Source of the DNA: Eledone cirrhosa
Taxonomy: Eukaryota
Reading direction: 5' to 3'
Assembly: GCA_964016885.1 (NCBI GenBank)
Contig: OZ024740.1
Location: 77,004,001 to 77,068,000, forward strand
DNA: 64,000 bases
Shown here: one piece after another, positions 46,701-61,700 of the stretch
How positions within the stretch are numbered: position 1 is the first letter of the stretch
Layout of the letters: each line of letters begins with the position of its first letter
Notes under the pieces: model-generated
Seen by the model: the letters and a program-made list of their open reading frames with translations, nothing else
The model's database searches: none
What the model was told of the DNA's origin: nothing
Position numbers and translations under genes: made by a program

Positions 46701-49700
46701 TTGGCGTTGGTGTTGGTGGTGGGGTTGGATTGTTGTTGATATTGATGTTGGTGTTGTTAGCGATGGTACTGGAGTTGGTTGTTGGTGTTGGTGGTGGGGC
46801 TGGAGTGCTGTTGATGTTGATGTTGGTGTTGTTAGAGATGGTATTGGAGTTGGCGTTGGTGTTGGTGGTGGGGCTGGAATGCTGTTTATGTTGATGTTTG
46901 TGTTGTTAGCGATGGTATTGGAGTTGGCGATGGTGTTGGTGTTGGTGGTGGGCCTGGAGTGCTGTTGATGTTGATGTTGGTGTTGTTAGCGATGGTATTG
47001 GAGTTGGCGTTGGTGTTGGTGTTGGTGGTGGGGCTGGAGTGCTGTTGATGTTGATGTTGGTGTTGTTAGCGATGGTATTGGAGTTGGCGTTGGTGTTGGT
47101 GGTGGGGCTGGAGTGCTGTTGATGTTGATGTTGGTGTTGTTAGCGATGGTGTTGGTGTTGGCGTTGGTGTTGGTGTTGGTAGTAGGGCTGGAGTGCTGTT
47201 GATGTTGATGTTGGTTTTGTTAGCGATTGTATTGGAGTTGGTGATGGTGGTGGGGCTGGAGTGCTGTTGATGTTGATGTTGGTGTTGTTAGCGATGGTAT
47301 TGGAGTTGGCGTTGGTGTTGGTGTTGGTGGTGGGGCTGGAGTGCTGTTGATGTTGATGTTGTGTTGTTAGCGATGGTATTGGAGTTGGTGTTGGTGTTGG
47401 TGTTGATGGTGGGGCTGGAGTGCTGTTGATGTTGATGTTGGTGTTGTTAGCGATGGTGTTGGATTTGGTGTTGGTGTTGTGGTGGGGCTGGAGTACTGTT
47501 GATGTTGAAGTTGGTGTTGTTATCGATGGTATTGGAGTTGGCGATGGTGTTGCTGGTGGGGCTGGAGTGCTGTTGATGTTGATGTTGGTGTTGTTAGCGA
47601 TGGTATTGGAGTTGGTGTTGGTGTTGGAGTTGGTGTTGGTGTTGGAGTTGTTGTTGGGGCAGGAATGCTGTTGATGTTGATGTTGGTGTTGTTAGCGATG
47701 GTATTGGAGTTGGTGTTGGTGTTGGAGATGGTGTTGGTGTTGGAGTTGGTGTTGGGGCAGGAGTGCTGTTGATGTTGATGTTGGTGTTGTTAGCGATGGT
47801 ATTGGAGTTGGCGTTGTTGTTGGTGTTGGGGCTGGAACGCTGTTGATGTTGATGTTGGTGTTGTTAGCGATGGTTTGGGTGTTGGCGTTGGTGTTGGTGG
47901 TGGGGCTGGAGTGCAGTTGCTGTTGATGTTGGTGTTGTTAGCGAAGGTTTGGGTGTTGGCGTTGGTGTTGGTGGTGGGGCTGGAATGCTGTTTATGTTGA
48001 TGTTAGTGTTGTTAGCGATGGTATTGGAGTTGGCGATGGTGTTGGTGTTGGTGGTGGGGCTGGAGTGCTGTTGATGTTGATGTTGGTGTTGTTAGCGATG
48101 GTATTGGAGTTGGCGTTGGTGTTGGTGTTGGTGGTGGGGTTGGAGTGCTGTTGATGTTGATGTTGGTTTTGTTAGCGATTGTATTGGAGTTGGTGTTGGT
48201 GGTGGGGCTGGAGTGCTGTTGATGTTGATGTTGGTGTTGTTAGCGATGGTATTGGAGCTGGCGTTGGTGTTGGTGGTGGGGCTGGAGTGCTGTTGATGTT
48301 GATGTTGGTGTTGTTAGCGATGGTATTGGAGTTGGCGTTGGTGTTGGTGGTGGGGCTGGAGTGCCGTTGATGTTGATGTTGGTTTTGTTAGCGATTGTAT
48401 TGGAGTTGGTGTTGGTGGTGGGGCTGGAGTGCTGTTGATGTTGATGTTGGTGTTGTTAGCGATGGTATTGGAGTTGGCGTTGGTGTTGGTGTTGGTGGTG
48501 GGGCTGGAGTGCTGTTGATGTTGATGTTGGTGTTGTTAGCGATGGTATTGGAGTTGACTTTGGTGTTGGTGTTGGTGGTGGGTCGGGTGTGCTGTTCATG
48601 TTGATGTTGTGTTGTTAGCGATGGTATTGGAGTTGGTGTTGGTGTTGGTGTTGGTGGTGGGGCTGGAGTGCTGTTGATGTTGATGTTGGTGTTGTTAGCG
48701 ATGGTGTTGGAGTTGGTGTTGGTGTTGTGGTGGGGCTGGAGTACTGTTGATGTTGATGTTGGTGTTGTTATCGATGGTATTGGAGTTGGCGATGGTGTTG
48801 CTGGTGGGGCTGGAGTGCTGTTGATGTTGATGTTGGTGTTGTTAGCGATGGTATTGGAGTTGGCGTTGTTGTTGGTGTTGGGGCTGGAACGCTGTTGATG
48901 TTGATGTTGGTGTTGTTAGCGATTGTAATGGAGTTGGCGTTGGTGTTGGTGGTGGGGCTGGAGTGCTGTTGATGTTGATGTTGGTGTTGTTAGCGATGGT
49001 ATTGGATTTGGCGATGGTGTTGCTGGTGGGGCTGGAGTGCTGTTGATGTTGATGTTGGTGTTGTTAGCGATGGTATTGGAGTTGGCGTTGGTGTTGGTGT
49101 TGGTGGTGGGGCTGGAGTGCTGTTGATGTTGATGTTGGTGTTGTTAGCGCTGGTATTGGAGTTGGTGTTGGTGTTGGTGTTGGTGTTGGGGCTGGAGTGC
49201 TGTTGATGTTGATACTGGTGTTGTTAGCGAAGGTTTGGGTGTTGGCGTTGGTGTTGGTGGTGGGGCTGGAATGCTGTTTATGTTGATGTTAGTGTTGTTA
49301 GCGATGGTATTGGAGTTGGTGTGGTGGTGGGGCGGGAGTGTTTTTGATGTTGATGTTGGTGTTGTTAGGGATGTTATTGGATTTGGCGTTGGTGTTGGTA
49401 GTGGTGCTGGAGTGCTGTTGATGTTGATGTTGGTGTTGTTAGCGATGGTTTGGGTGTTGGCGTTGGTGTTGGTGGTGGGGCTGGAATGCTGTTTATGTTG
49501 ATGTTGGTGTTGTTAGCGATGGTATTGGAGTTGGCGATGGTGTTGGTGGTGGGGCTGGAGTGCTGTTGATGTTGATGTTGGTGTTGTTAGCGATGGTATT
49601 GAAGTTGGCGTTGGTGTTGGTGGTGGGGTTGGAGTGTTGTTGATATTGATGTTGGTGTTGTTAGCGATGGTATTGGAGTTGGTTGTTGGTGTTGGTGTTG

Positions 49701-52700
49701 TGGTTGGAGTGCTGTTGATGTTGATGTTGGTGTTGTTAGAGATGGTATTGGAGTTGGCGTTGGTGTTGGTGGTGGGGCTGGAATGCTGTTTATGTTGATG
49801 TTAGTGTTGTTAGCGATGGTATTGGAGTTGGCGATGGTGTTGGTGGTGGGGCTGGAGTGCTGTTGATTTTGATGTTGGTGTTGTTAGCGATGGTATTGGA
49901 GTTGGTTGTTGGTGTTGGTGTTGTGGCTGGAGTGCTGTTGATGTTGATGTTGGTGTTGTTAGAGATGGTATTGGAGTTGGCGTTGGTGTTGGTGGTGGGG
50001 CTGGAGTGTTGTTTATGTTGATGTTAGTGTTGTTAGCGATGGTATTGGAGTTGGCGATGGTGTTGGTGTTGGTGGTGGGGCTGGAGTACTGTTGATGTTG
50101 ATGTTGGTTTTGTTAGCGATGGTGTTGGTGTTGGCGTTGGTGTTGGTGTTGGGGCTGGAGTGCTGTTGATGTTGATGTTGGTTTTGTTAGCGATGGTATT
50201 GGAGTTGGCGTTGGTGTTGGGGCTGGAGTGCTGTTGATGTTGATGTTGGTTTTGTTAGCGATTGTATTGGAGTTGGTGTTGGTGTTGGTGTTGGTGGTGG
50301 GGCTGGAGTGCTGTTGATGTTGATGTTGGTGTTGTTAGCGATGCTATTGGAGTTGACGTTGGTGTTGGTGTTGGTGGTGGGGCTGGAGTGCTGTTGATGT
50401 TGATGTTGGTGTTGTTAGCGATGGTGTTGGAGTTGGTGTTGGTGTTGGTGTTGGTGGTGGGGCTGGAGTGCTGTTGATGTTGATGTTGGTGTTGTTAGCG
50501 ATGGTATTGGAGTTGGTGTTGGTGGTGGTGGTGGGGCTGGAGTGCTGTTGATGTTGATGTTGGTGTTGTTATCGATGGTATTGGAGTTGGCGTTGGTGTT
50601 GGTGGTGGGGCTGGAGTGCTGTTGATGTTGGTGTTGTTAGCGATGGTGTTGGAGTTGGTGTTGGTGTTGGAGTTGTTGTTGGGGCAGGAATGCTGTTGAT
50701 GTTGATGTTGCTGTTGTTAGCGATGGTATTGGAGTTGGTGTTGGTGTTGGAGTTGGTGTTGGTGTTGGGGCAGGAGTGCTGTTGATGTTGATGTTGGTGT
50801 TGTTAGCGATGGTATTGGAGTTGGAGTTGTTGTTGGTGTTGGGGCTGGAACGCTGTTGATGTTGATGTTGGTGTTGTTAGCGATGGTATTGCTGTTGGTG
50901 TTGGTGTTGGTGTTGGGGCTGGAGTGCTGTTGATGTTGATGTTGGTGTTGTTAGCGATGGTATTGCTGTTGGTGTTGGTGTTGGTGTTGGGGCTGGGGGG
51001 CTGTTGATGTTGATGTTGGTGTTGTTAGCGATGGTTTGGGTGTTGGCGTTGGTGTTGGTGGTGGGGCTGGAGTGCAGTTGCTGTTGATGTTGGTGTTGTT
51101 AGCGAAGGTTTGGGTGTTGGCGTTGGTGTTGGTGGTGGGGCTGGAATGCTGTTGATGTTGATGTTGGTGTTGTTAGGGATGTTATTGGATTTGGCGTTGG
51201 TGTTGGTAGTGGTGCTGGAGTGCTGTTGATGTTGGTGTTGTTAGCGATGGTATTGGAGTTGGTGTTGGTGGTGGGGCTGGAATGCTGTTTATGTTGATGT
51301 TAGTGTTGTTAGCGATGGTATTGGAGTTGGCGATGGTGTTGGTGGTGGGGCTGGAGTGCTGTTGATGTTGATGTTGATGTTGTTAGCGATGGTTTGGGTG
51401 TTGGCGTTGGTGTTGGTGGTGGGGCTGGAATGCTGTTTATGTTGATGTTAGTGTTGTTAGCGATGGTATTGGAGTTGGCGATGGTGTTGGTGGTGGGGCT
51501 GGAGTGCTGTTGATGTTGATGTTGGTGTTGTTAGCGATGGTATTGGAGTTGGCGTTGGTGTTGGTGGTGGGGTTGGAGTGTTGTTGATATTGATGCTGGT
51601 GTTGTTAGCGATGGTATTGGAGTTGGTTGTTGGTGTTGGTGGTGGGACTGGAGTGCTGTTGATGTTGATGTTGGTGTTGTTAGAGATGGTATTGGAGTTG
51701 GCGTTGGTGTTGGTGGTGGGGCTGGAATGCTGTTTATGTTGATGTTAGTGTTGTTAGCGATGGTATTGGAGTTGGCGATGGTGTTGGTGTTGGTGGTGGG
51801 GCTGGAGTGCTGTTGATGTTGATGTTGGTGTTGTTAGCGATGGTATTGGAGTTGGCGTTGGTGTTGGTGGTGGGGCTGGAGTACTGTTGATGTTGATGTT
51901 GGTTTTGTTAGCGATTGTATTGGAGTTGGTGTTGGTGGTGGGGCTGGAGTGCTGTTGATGTTGATGTTGGTGTTGTTAGCGATGGTATTGGAGTTGGCGT
52001 TGGTGTTGGTGTTGGTGGTGGGGCTGGAGTGCTGTTGATGTTGATGTTGGTTTTGTTAGCGATTGTATTGGAGTTGGTGTTGGTGGTGGGGCTGGAGTGC
52101 TGTTGATGTTGATGTTGGTTTTGTTAGCGATTGTATTGGAGTTGGTGTTGGTGGTGGGGCTGGAGTGCTGTTGATGTTGATGTTGGTGTTGTTAGCGATG
52201 GTATTGGAGTTGGCGTTGGTGTTGGTGTTGGTGGTGGGGCTGGAGTGCTGTTGATGTTGATGTTGGTTTTGTTAGCGATTGTATTGGAGTTGGTGTTGTT
52301 AGCGATTGTAATGGAGTTGGCGTTGGTGTTGGTGGTGGGGCTGGAGTGCTGTTGATGTTGATGTTGGTGTTGTTAGCGATTGTATTGGAGTTGGTGTTGG
52401 TGTTGGTGGTGGGGCTGGAGTGCTGTTGATGTTGATGTTGGTGTTGTTAGCGCTGGTATTGGAGTTGGTGTTGGTGTTGGTGTTGGGGCTGGAGTGCTGT
52501 TGATGTTGATGTTGGTGTTGTTAGCGATGGTTTGGGTGTTGGCGTTGGTGTTGGTGGTGGGGCTGGAGTGCAGTTGCTGTTGATGTTGGTGTTGTTAGCG
52601 AAGGTTTGGGTGTTGGCGTTGGTGTTGGTGGTGGGGCTGGAATGCTGTTTATGTTGATGTTAGTGTTGTTACCGATGGTATTGGAGTTGGCGATGGTGTT

Positions 52701-55700
52701 GGAGTTGGTGGTGGGGCTGGAGTGCTGTTGATGTTGATGTTGGTGTTGTTAGCGATGGTATTGGAGGTGGCGTTGGTCTTGGTGGTGGGGCTGGAGTGGT
52801 GTTGATATTGATGTTGGTGTTGTTAGCGATGGTATTGGAGTTGGTGTTGGTGTTGGTGGTGGGGCTGGAGTGCTGTTGATGTTGATGTTGGTGTTGTTAG
52901 CGATGGTATTGGAGTTGGTGTTGGTGTTGGTGGTGGGGTTGGAGTGCTGTTGATGTTGATGTTGGTGTTGTTAGCGATGGTATTGGAGTTGGTGTTGGTG
53001 TTGGTGGTGGGGCTGGAGTGATGTTGATGTTGGTGTTGTTAGCGATGGTATTGGCGTTGGTGTTGGTGTTGGTGGTGGGGCGGGAGTGTTGTTGATGTTG
53101 ATTTTGGTGTTGTTAGCGATGTTATTGGAGGTGGCGTTGGTGTTGGTGGTGGGGCTGGAGTGCTGTTGATGTTGATGTTGGTGTTGTTAGCGATGGTATT
53201 GGAGTTGGTGTTGGTGTTGGTGGTGGGGCTGGAGTGCTGTTGATGTTGATGTTGGTGTTGTTAGCGATTGTATTGGAGTTGGTGTTGGTGGTGGGGCTGG
53301 AGTACTGTTGATGTTGATGTTGGTGTTGTTAGCGATGGTATTGGAGTTGGCGTTGGTGTTGGTGGTTGGGCTGGAGTGCTGTTGATGTTGATGTTGGTGT
53401 TGTTAGCGATGGTATTGGAGTTGACGTTGGTGTTGGTGGTGGGGCTGGAGTGCTGTTGATGTTGATGTTGGTGTTGTTAGCGATGGTATTGGAGTTGACG
53501 TTGGTGTTGGTGTTGGTGGTGGGTCGTGTGTGCTGTTCATGTTGATGTTGGTGTTGTTAGCGATGGTATTGGAGTTGGCGTTGGTGTTGGTGTTGGTGTT
53601 GGGGCTGGAGTGCTGTTGATGTTGATGTTGGTGTTGTTATCGATGGTATTGGAGTTGGCAATGGTGTTGCTGGTGGGGCTGGAGTGCTGTTGATGTTGAT
53701 GTTGGTGTTGTTAGCGATGGTATTGGAGTTGGTGTTGGTGTTGGAGTTGGTGTTGGTGTTGGAGTTGTTGTTGGGGCAGGAGTGCTGTTGATGTTGATGT
53801 TGGTGTTGTTAGCGATGGTATTGGAGTTGGTGTTGGTGTTGGAGTTGGTGTTGGGGCAGGAGTGCTGTTGATGTTGATGTTGGTGTTGTTAGCGATGGTA
53901 TTGGAGTTGGCGTTGTTGTTGGTGTTGGGGCTGGAGTGCTGTTGATGTTGATGTTGGTGTTGTTAGCGATTGTAATTGAGATGGTGTCGGTGTTGGTGGT
54001 GGGGCTGGAGTGCTGTTGATGTTGATGTTGGTGTTGTTAGCGATGGTATTGGAGGTGGCGTTGGTGTTGGTGGTAAGGCTGGAGTGTTATTGATATTCAT
54101 GTTGGTGTTGTTAGCGATGGTATTGGAGTTGGTGTTGGTGTTGGTGGTGGGGCTGGAGTGCTGTTGATGTTGATGTTGGTTTTGTTAGCGATTGTATTGG
54201 AGTTGGTGTTGGTGGTGGGGCTGGAGTACTGTTGATGTTGATGTTGGTGTTGTTAGCGATGGTATTGGAGTTGGCGTTGGTGTTGGTGTTGGTGGTGGGG
54301 CTGGAGTGCTGTTTGTGTTGATGTTGGTGTTGTTAGCGATGGTATTGGAGTTGGCGTTGGTGTTGGTGGTGGGGCTGGAGTGCTGTTGATGTTGATGTTG
54401 GTGTTGTTAGCGATGGTATTGGAGTTGACGTTGGTGTTGGTGTTGGTGGTGTGTCGTGTGTGCTGTTCATGTTGATGTTGTGTTGTTAGCGATGGTATTG
54501 GAGTTGGTGTTGGTGTTGGTGTTGGTGGTGGGGCTGGAGTGCTGTTGATGTTGATGTTGGTGTTGTTAGCGATGGTATTGGAGTTGGCGTTGGTGTTGGT
54601 GTTGGTGTTGGGGCTGGAGTGCTGTTGATGTTGATGTTGGTGTTGTTATCGATGGTATTGGAGTTGGCGATGGTGTTGCTGGTGGGGCTGGAGTGCTGTT
54701 GATGTTGATGTCGGTGTTGTTAGCGATGGTATTGGAGTTGGTGTTGGTGTTGGAGTTGGTGTTGGTGTTGGAGTTGTTGTTGGGGCAGGAGTGCTGTTGA
54801 TGTTGATGTTGGTGTTGTTAGCGATGGTATTGGAGTTGGTGTTGGTGTTGGAGTTGGTGTTGGGGCAGGAGTGCTGTTGATGTTGATGTTGGTGTTGTTA
54901 GCGATGGTATTGGAGTTGGTGTTGGTGTTGGAGTTGGTGTTGGTGTTGGAGTTGGTGTTGGGGCAGGAGTGCTGTTGATGTTGATGTTGGTGTTGTTAGC
55001 GATTGTAATGGAGTTGGTGTTGGTGTTGGTGGTGGGGCTGGAGTGCTGTTGATGTTGATGTTGGTGTTGTTAGCGATGGTATTGGAGGTGGCGTTGGTGT
55101 TGGTGGTGGGGCTGGAGTGTTGTTGATATTGATGTTGGTGTTGTTAGCGATGGTATTGGAGTTGGTGTTGGTGTTGGTGGTGGGGCTGGAGTGCTGTTGA
55201 TGTTGATGTTGGTGTTGTTAGCGATGGTATTGGAGGTGGTGTTGGTGTTGGTGGTGGGCTTGGAGTGCTGTTGATGTTGATGTTGGTGTTGTTAGCGATG
55301 GTATTGGAGTTGGTGTTGGTGTTGGTGGTGGGGCTGGAGTGTTGTTGATGTTGATGTTGGTGTTGTTAGCGATGGTATTGGAGTTGGTGTTGGTGTTGGT
55401 GGTGGGGCGGGAGTGTTGTTGATGTTGATTTTGGTGTTGTTAGTGGTGTTATTGGAGGTGGCGTTGGTGTTGGTGGTGGGGCTGGAGTGCTGTTGATGTT
55501 GATGTTGGTGTTGTTAGCGATGGTATTGGAGTTGGTGTTGGAGTTCGTGGTTGGGCTGGAGTGCTGTTGATGTTGATGTTGGTGTTGTTAGCGATGGTAT
55601 TGGAGTTGGTGTTGGAGTTGTGGGTGGGGCTGGAGTGCTGTTGATGTTGACATTGGTGTTGTTAGCGTTGGTATTGGAGTTGGCGTTGGTGTTGGTGTTG

Positions 55701-58700
55701 GGGCTGGAGTGCTGTTGATGTTGATGTTGGTGTTGTTAGCGAAGGTATTGGAGTTGGTGTTGGAGTTGTGGGTGGGGCTGGAGTGCTGTTGATGTTGATA
55801 TTGGTGTTGTTAGCGATGGTATTGGAGTTGGCGTTGGTGTTGGTGTTGGGGCTGGAGTGCTGTTGATGTTGATGTTGGTGTTGTTAGCGATGGTATTGGA
55901 GTTGGTGTTGGTGTTGGTGGTCGGGCTGGAGTGCTGCTGATGTTGATGTTGGTGTTGTTAGCGATGGTATTGGAGCTGGCGTTGGTTTTGGTGGTGGGGC
56001 TGGAGTGCTGTTGATGTTGATGTTGGTGTTGTTAGCGATGGTATTGGAGCTGGCGTTGGTGTTGGTGGTGGGGCTGGAGTGCTGTTGATGTTGATGTTGG
56101 TGTTGTTAGCGATGGTATTGGAGCTGGCGTTGGTTTTGGTGGTGGGGCTGGAGTGCTGTTGATGTTGATGTTGGTGTTGTTAGCGATGGTATTGGAGCTG
56201 ACGTTGGTTTTGGTGGTGGGGCTGGAGTGCTGTTGATGTTGATGTTGGTGTTGTTAGCGATGGTATTGGAGTTGTCGTTGGTGTTAGTGTTTATGGTGGG
56301 GCTGGAGTGCTGTTGATGTTGATGTTAGTGTTGTTAGCGATGGTATGGGAGTTGGTGTTGGTGGTGGGGTTGGAGTGCTGTTGATGTTGATGTTGGTGTT
56401 GCTAGCGATGGTTTTGGAGTTGGCCTTGGTGTTGGTGTTGGTGGTGGGGTTGGAGTGCTGTTGATGTTGATGTTGGTGTTGTTAGCGATGGTATTGGAGT
56501 TGGCGTTGGTGTTGGTGTTGGGGCTTGAGTGCTGTTGATGTTGATGTTAGTGTTGTTTGCGATGGTATGGGAGTTGGTGTTGGTGGTGGGGTTGGAGTGC
56601 TGTTGATGTTGCTGTTGGTGTTGTTAGCGATGGTATTGGTGTTGGCGTTGGTGTTGGTGTTGGTGGTGGGGTTGGAGTGCTGTTGATGTTGATGTTGGTG
56701 TTGGTAGCGATGGTATTGGAGTTGACGTTGGTGTTGGTGTTGGTGGTGTGTCGTGTGTGCTGTTCATGTTGATGTTGTGATGTTAGCGATGGTATTGGAG
56801 TTGGTGTTGGTGTTGGTGTTGGTGGTGGGGCTGGAATGCTGTTGATGTTGATGTTGGTGTTGTTAGCGATGGTATTGGAGTTGGCGTTGGTGTTGGTGTT
56901 GGTGTTGGGGCTGGAGTGCTGTTGATGTTGATGTTGGTGTTGTTAGCGATGGTATTGGAGTTGGTGTTGGTGTTGGAGTTGGTGTTGGTGTTGGAGTTGT
57001 TGTTGGGGCAGGAGTGCTGTTGATGTTGATGTTGGTGTTGTTAGCGATGGTATTGGAGTTGGTGTTGGTGTTGGAGTTGGTGTTGGGGCAGGAGTGCTGT
57101 TGATATTGATGTTGGTGTTGTTAGCGATGGTATTGGATTGGTGTTGGTGTTGGTGGTGGGGCTGGAGTGCTTTTTATGTTGATGTTGGTGTTGTTAGCGA
57201 TGGTATTGGAGGTGGCGTTGGTGTTGGTGGTGGGGCTTGAGTGTTGTTGATATTGATGTTGGTGTTGTTAGCGATGGTATTGGAGTTGGTGTTGGTGTTG
57301 GTGGTGGGGCTGGAGTGTTGTTGATGTTGATGTTGGTGTTGTTAGCGATGGTATTGGAGTTGGTGTTGGTATTGGTGGTGGGGCTGGAGTGTTGTTGATG
57401 TTGATTTTGGTGTTGTTAGCGATGTTATTGGAGGTGGCGTTGGTGTTGGTGGTGGGGCTGGAGTGCTGTTGATGTTGATGTTGGTGTTGTTAGCGATGGT
57501 ATTGGAGTTGGCGTTGTTGTTGGTGTTGGGGCTGGAACGCTGTTGATGTTGATGTTGGTGTTGTTAGCGATTGTAATGGAGTTGGCGTTGGTGTTGGTGG
57601 TGGGGCTGGAGTGCTGTTGATGTTGATGTTGGTGTTGTTAGCGATTGTATTGGAGTTGGTGTTGGTGTTGGTGGTGGGGCTGGAGTGCTGTTGATGTTGA
57701 TGTTGGTGTTGTTAGCGATGGTATTGGAGTTGGTGTTGGTGTTGGTGTTGGGGCTGGAGTGCTGTTGATGTTGATGTTGGTGTTGTTAGCGATGGTATTG
57801 GAGTTGGTGTTGGTGTTGGTGGTGGGGCTGGAGTGCTGTTGATGTTGATGTTGATGTTGTTAGCGATGGTATTGGAGGTGGAGTTGGTGTTGGTGGTGGG
57901 GCTGGAGTGCTGTTGATGTTGATTTTGGTGTTGTTAGCGATGGTATTGGAGTTGGTGTTGGTGTTGGTGGTGGGGCTGGAGTGCTGTTGATGTTGATGTT
58001 GGTTTTGTTAGCGATTGTATTGGAGTTGGTGTTGGTGGTGGGGCTGGAGTACTGTTGATGTTGATGTTGGTGTTGTTAGCGATGGTATTGGAGTTGGCGT
58101 TGGTGTTGGTGGTGGGGCTGGAGTGCTGTTGATGTTGATGTTGGTGTTGTTAGCGATGGTATTGGAGTTGACGTTGGTGTTGGTGTTGGTGGTGGGTCGT
58201 GTGTGCTGTTCATGTTGATGTTGTGTTGTTAGCGATGGTATTGGAGTTGGTGTTGGTGTTGGTGTTGGTGGTGGGGCTGGAGTGCTGTTGATGTTGATGT
58301 TGGTGTTGTTAGCGATGGTATTGGAGTTGGCGTTGGTGTTGGTGTTGGTGTTGGGGCTGGAGTGCTGTTGATGTTGATGTTGGTGTTGTTATCGATGGTA
58401 TTGGAGTTGGCGATGGTGTTGCTGGTGGGGCTGGAGTGCTGTTGATGTTGATGTTGGTGTTGTTAGCGATGGTATTGGAGTTGGCGTTGGTGTTGGTGTT
58501 GGTGGTGGGGCTGGAGTGCTGTTTGTGTTGATGTTGGTGTTGTTAGCGATGGTATTGGAGTTGGCGTTGGTGTTGGTGGTGGGGCTGGAGTGCTGTTGAT
58601 GTTGATGTTGGTGTTGTTAGCGATGGTATTGGAGTTGGCGTTGGTGTTGGTGGTGGGGCTGGAGTGCTGTTGATGTTGATGTCGGTGTTGTTAGCGATGG

Positions 58701-61700
58701 TATTGGAGTTGTCGTTGGTGTTGGTGGTGGGGCTGGAGTGCTGTTGATGTTGATGTTGGTGTTGTTAGTGATGTTATTGGAGTTGGCGTTGGTGTTGGTG
58801 GTGGTGGTGTGTCGTGTGTGCTGTTCATGTTGATGTTGGTGTTGTTAGCGATGGTATTGGAGTTGACGTTGGTGTTGGTGTTGGTGGTGTGTCGTGTGTG
58901 CTGTTCATGTTGATGTTGTGTTGTTAGCGATGGTATTGGAGTTGGTGTTGGTGTTGGTGTTGGTGGTGGGGCTGGAGTGCTGTTGATGTTGATGTTGGTG
59001 TTGTTAGCGATGCTATTGGAGTTGGCGTTGGTGTTGGTGTTGGTGTTGGGGATGGAGTGCTGTTGATGTTGATGTTGGTGTTGTTATCGATGGTATTGGA
59101 GTTGGCGATGGTGTTGCTGGTGGGGCTGGAGTGCTGTTGATGTTGATGTTGGTGTTCTTAGCGATGGTATTGGAGTTGGTGTTGGTGTTGGAGTTGGTGT
59201 TGGGGCAGGAGTGCTGTTGATGTTGATGTTGGTGTTGTTAGCGATGGTATTGGAGATGGCGTTGTTGTTGGTGTTGGGGCTGGAGTGCTATTGATGTTGA
59301 TGTTGGTGTTGTTAGCGATTGTAATGGAGTTGGTGTTGGTGTTTGTGTTGGGGCTGGAGTGCTGTTGATGTTGATGTTGGTGTTGTTAGCGATGGTATTG
59401 GAGGTGGCGTTGGTGTTGGTGGTGGGGCTGGAGTGTTGTTGATATTGATGTTGGTGTTGTTAGCGATGGTATTGGAGTTGGTGTTGGTGTTGGTGGTGGG
59501 GCTGGAGTGCTGTTGATGTTGATGTTGGTGTTGTTAGCGATGGTATTGGAGGTGGTGTTGGTGTTGGTGGTGGGCTTGGAGTGCTGTTGATGTTGATGTT
59601 GGTGTTGTTAGCGATGGTATTGGAGTTGGTGTTGGTGTTGGTGGTGGGGCTGGAGTGTTGTTGATGTTGATGTTGGTGTTGTTAGCGATGGTATTGGAGT
59701 TGGTGTTGGTGTTGGTGGTGGGGCGGGAGTGTTGTTGATGTTGATTTTGGTGTTGTTAGCGATGTTATTGGAGGTGGCGTTGGTGTTGGTGGTGGGGCTG
59801 GAGTGCTGTTGATGTTGATGTTGGTGTTGTTAGCGATGGTATTGGAGTTGGTGTTGGTGTTGGTGGTGGGGCTGGAGTGTTGTTGATGTTGATGTTGGTG
59901 TTGTTAGCGATGGTATTGGAGTTGGTGTTGGTATTGGTGGTGGGGCTGGAGTGTTGTTGATGTTGATTTTGGTGTTGTTAGCGATGTTATTGGAGGTGGC
60001 GTTGGTGTTGGTGGTGGGGCTGGAGTGCTGTTGATGTTGATGTTGGTGTTGTTAGCGATGGTATTGGAGTTGGCGTTGTTGTTGGTGTTGGGGCTGGAAC
60101 GCTGTTGATGTTGATGTTGGTGTTGTTAGCGATTGTAATGGAGTTGGCGTTGGTGTTGGTGGTGGGGCTGGAGTGCTGTTGATGTTGATGTTGGTGTTGT
60201 TAGCGATTGTATTGGAGTTGGTGTTGGTGTTGGTGGTGGGGCTGGAGTGCTGTTGATGTTGATGTTGGTGTTGTTAGCGATGGTATTGGAGTTGGCGTTG
60301 GTGTTGGTGGTGGGGCTGGAGTGCTGTTGATGTTGATGTTGGTGTTGTTAGCGATGGTATTGGAGTTGGTGTTGGTGTTGGTGTTGGGGCTGGAGTGCTG
60401 TTGATGTTGATGTTGGTGTTGTTAGCGATGGTATTGGAGTTGGTGTTGGTGTTGGTGGTGGGGCTGGAGTGCTGTTGATGTTGATGTTGATGTTGTTAGC
60501 GATGGTATTGGAGGTGGAGTTGGTGTTGGTGGTGGGGCTGGAGTGCTGTTGATGTTGATTTTGGTGTTGTTAGCGATGGTATTGGAGTTGTTGTTGGTGT
60601 TGGTGGTGGGGCTGGAGTGCTGTTGATGTTGATGTTGGTTTTGTTAGCGATTGTATTGGAGTTGGTGTTGGTGGTGGGGCTGGAGTACTGTTGATGTTGA
60701 TGTTGGTGTTGTTAGCGATGGTATTGGAGTTGGCGTTGGTGTTGGTGGTGGGGCTGGAGTGCTGTTGATGTTGATGTTGGTGTTGTTAGCGATGGTATTG
60801 GAGTTGACGTTGGTGTTGGTGTTGGTGGTGGGTCGTGTGTGCTGTTCATGTTGATGTTGTGTTGTTAGCGATGGTATTGGAGTTGGTGTTGGTGTTGGTG
60901 TTGGTGGTGGGGCTGGAGTGCTGTTGATGTTGATGTTGGTGTTGTTAGCGATGGTATTGGAGTTGGCGTTGGTGTTGGTGTTGGTGTTGGGGCTGGAGTG
61001 CTGTTGATGTTGATGTTGGTGTTGTTATCGATGGTATTGGAGTTGGCGATGGTGTTGCTGGTGGGGCTGGAGTGCTGTTGATGTTGATGTTGGTGTTGTT
61101 AGCGATGGTATTGGAGTTGGCGTTGGTGTTGGTGTTGGTGGTGGGGCTGGAGTGCTGTTTGTGTTGATGTTGGTGTTGTTAGCGATGGTATTGGAGTTGG
61201 CGTTGGTGTTGGTGGTGGGGCTGGAGTGCTGTTGATGTTGATGTTGGTGTTGTTAGCGATGGTATTGGAGTTGGCGTTGGTGTTGGTGGTGGGGCTGGAG
61301 TGCTGTTGATGTTGATGTCGGTGTTGTTAGCGATGGTATTGGAGTTGTCGTTGGTGTTGGTGGTGGGGCTGGAGTGCTGTTGATGTTGATGTTGGTGTTG
61401 TTAGTGATGTTATTGGAGTTGGCGTTGGTGTTGGTGGTGGTGGTGTGTCGTGTGTGCTGTTCATGTTGATGTTGGTGTTGTTAGCGATGGTATTGGAGTT
61501 GACGTTGGTGTTGGTGTTGGTGGTGTGTCGTGTGTGCTGTTCATGTTGATGTTGTGTTGTTAGCGATGGTATTGGAGTTGGTGTTGGTGTTGGTGTTGGT
61601 GGTGGGGCTGGAGTGCTGTTGATGTTGATGTTGGTGTTGTTAGCGATGTTATTGGAGTTGGCGTTGGTGTTGGTGTTGGTGTTGGGGCTGGAGTGCTGTT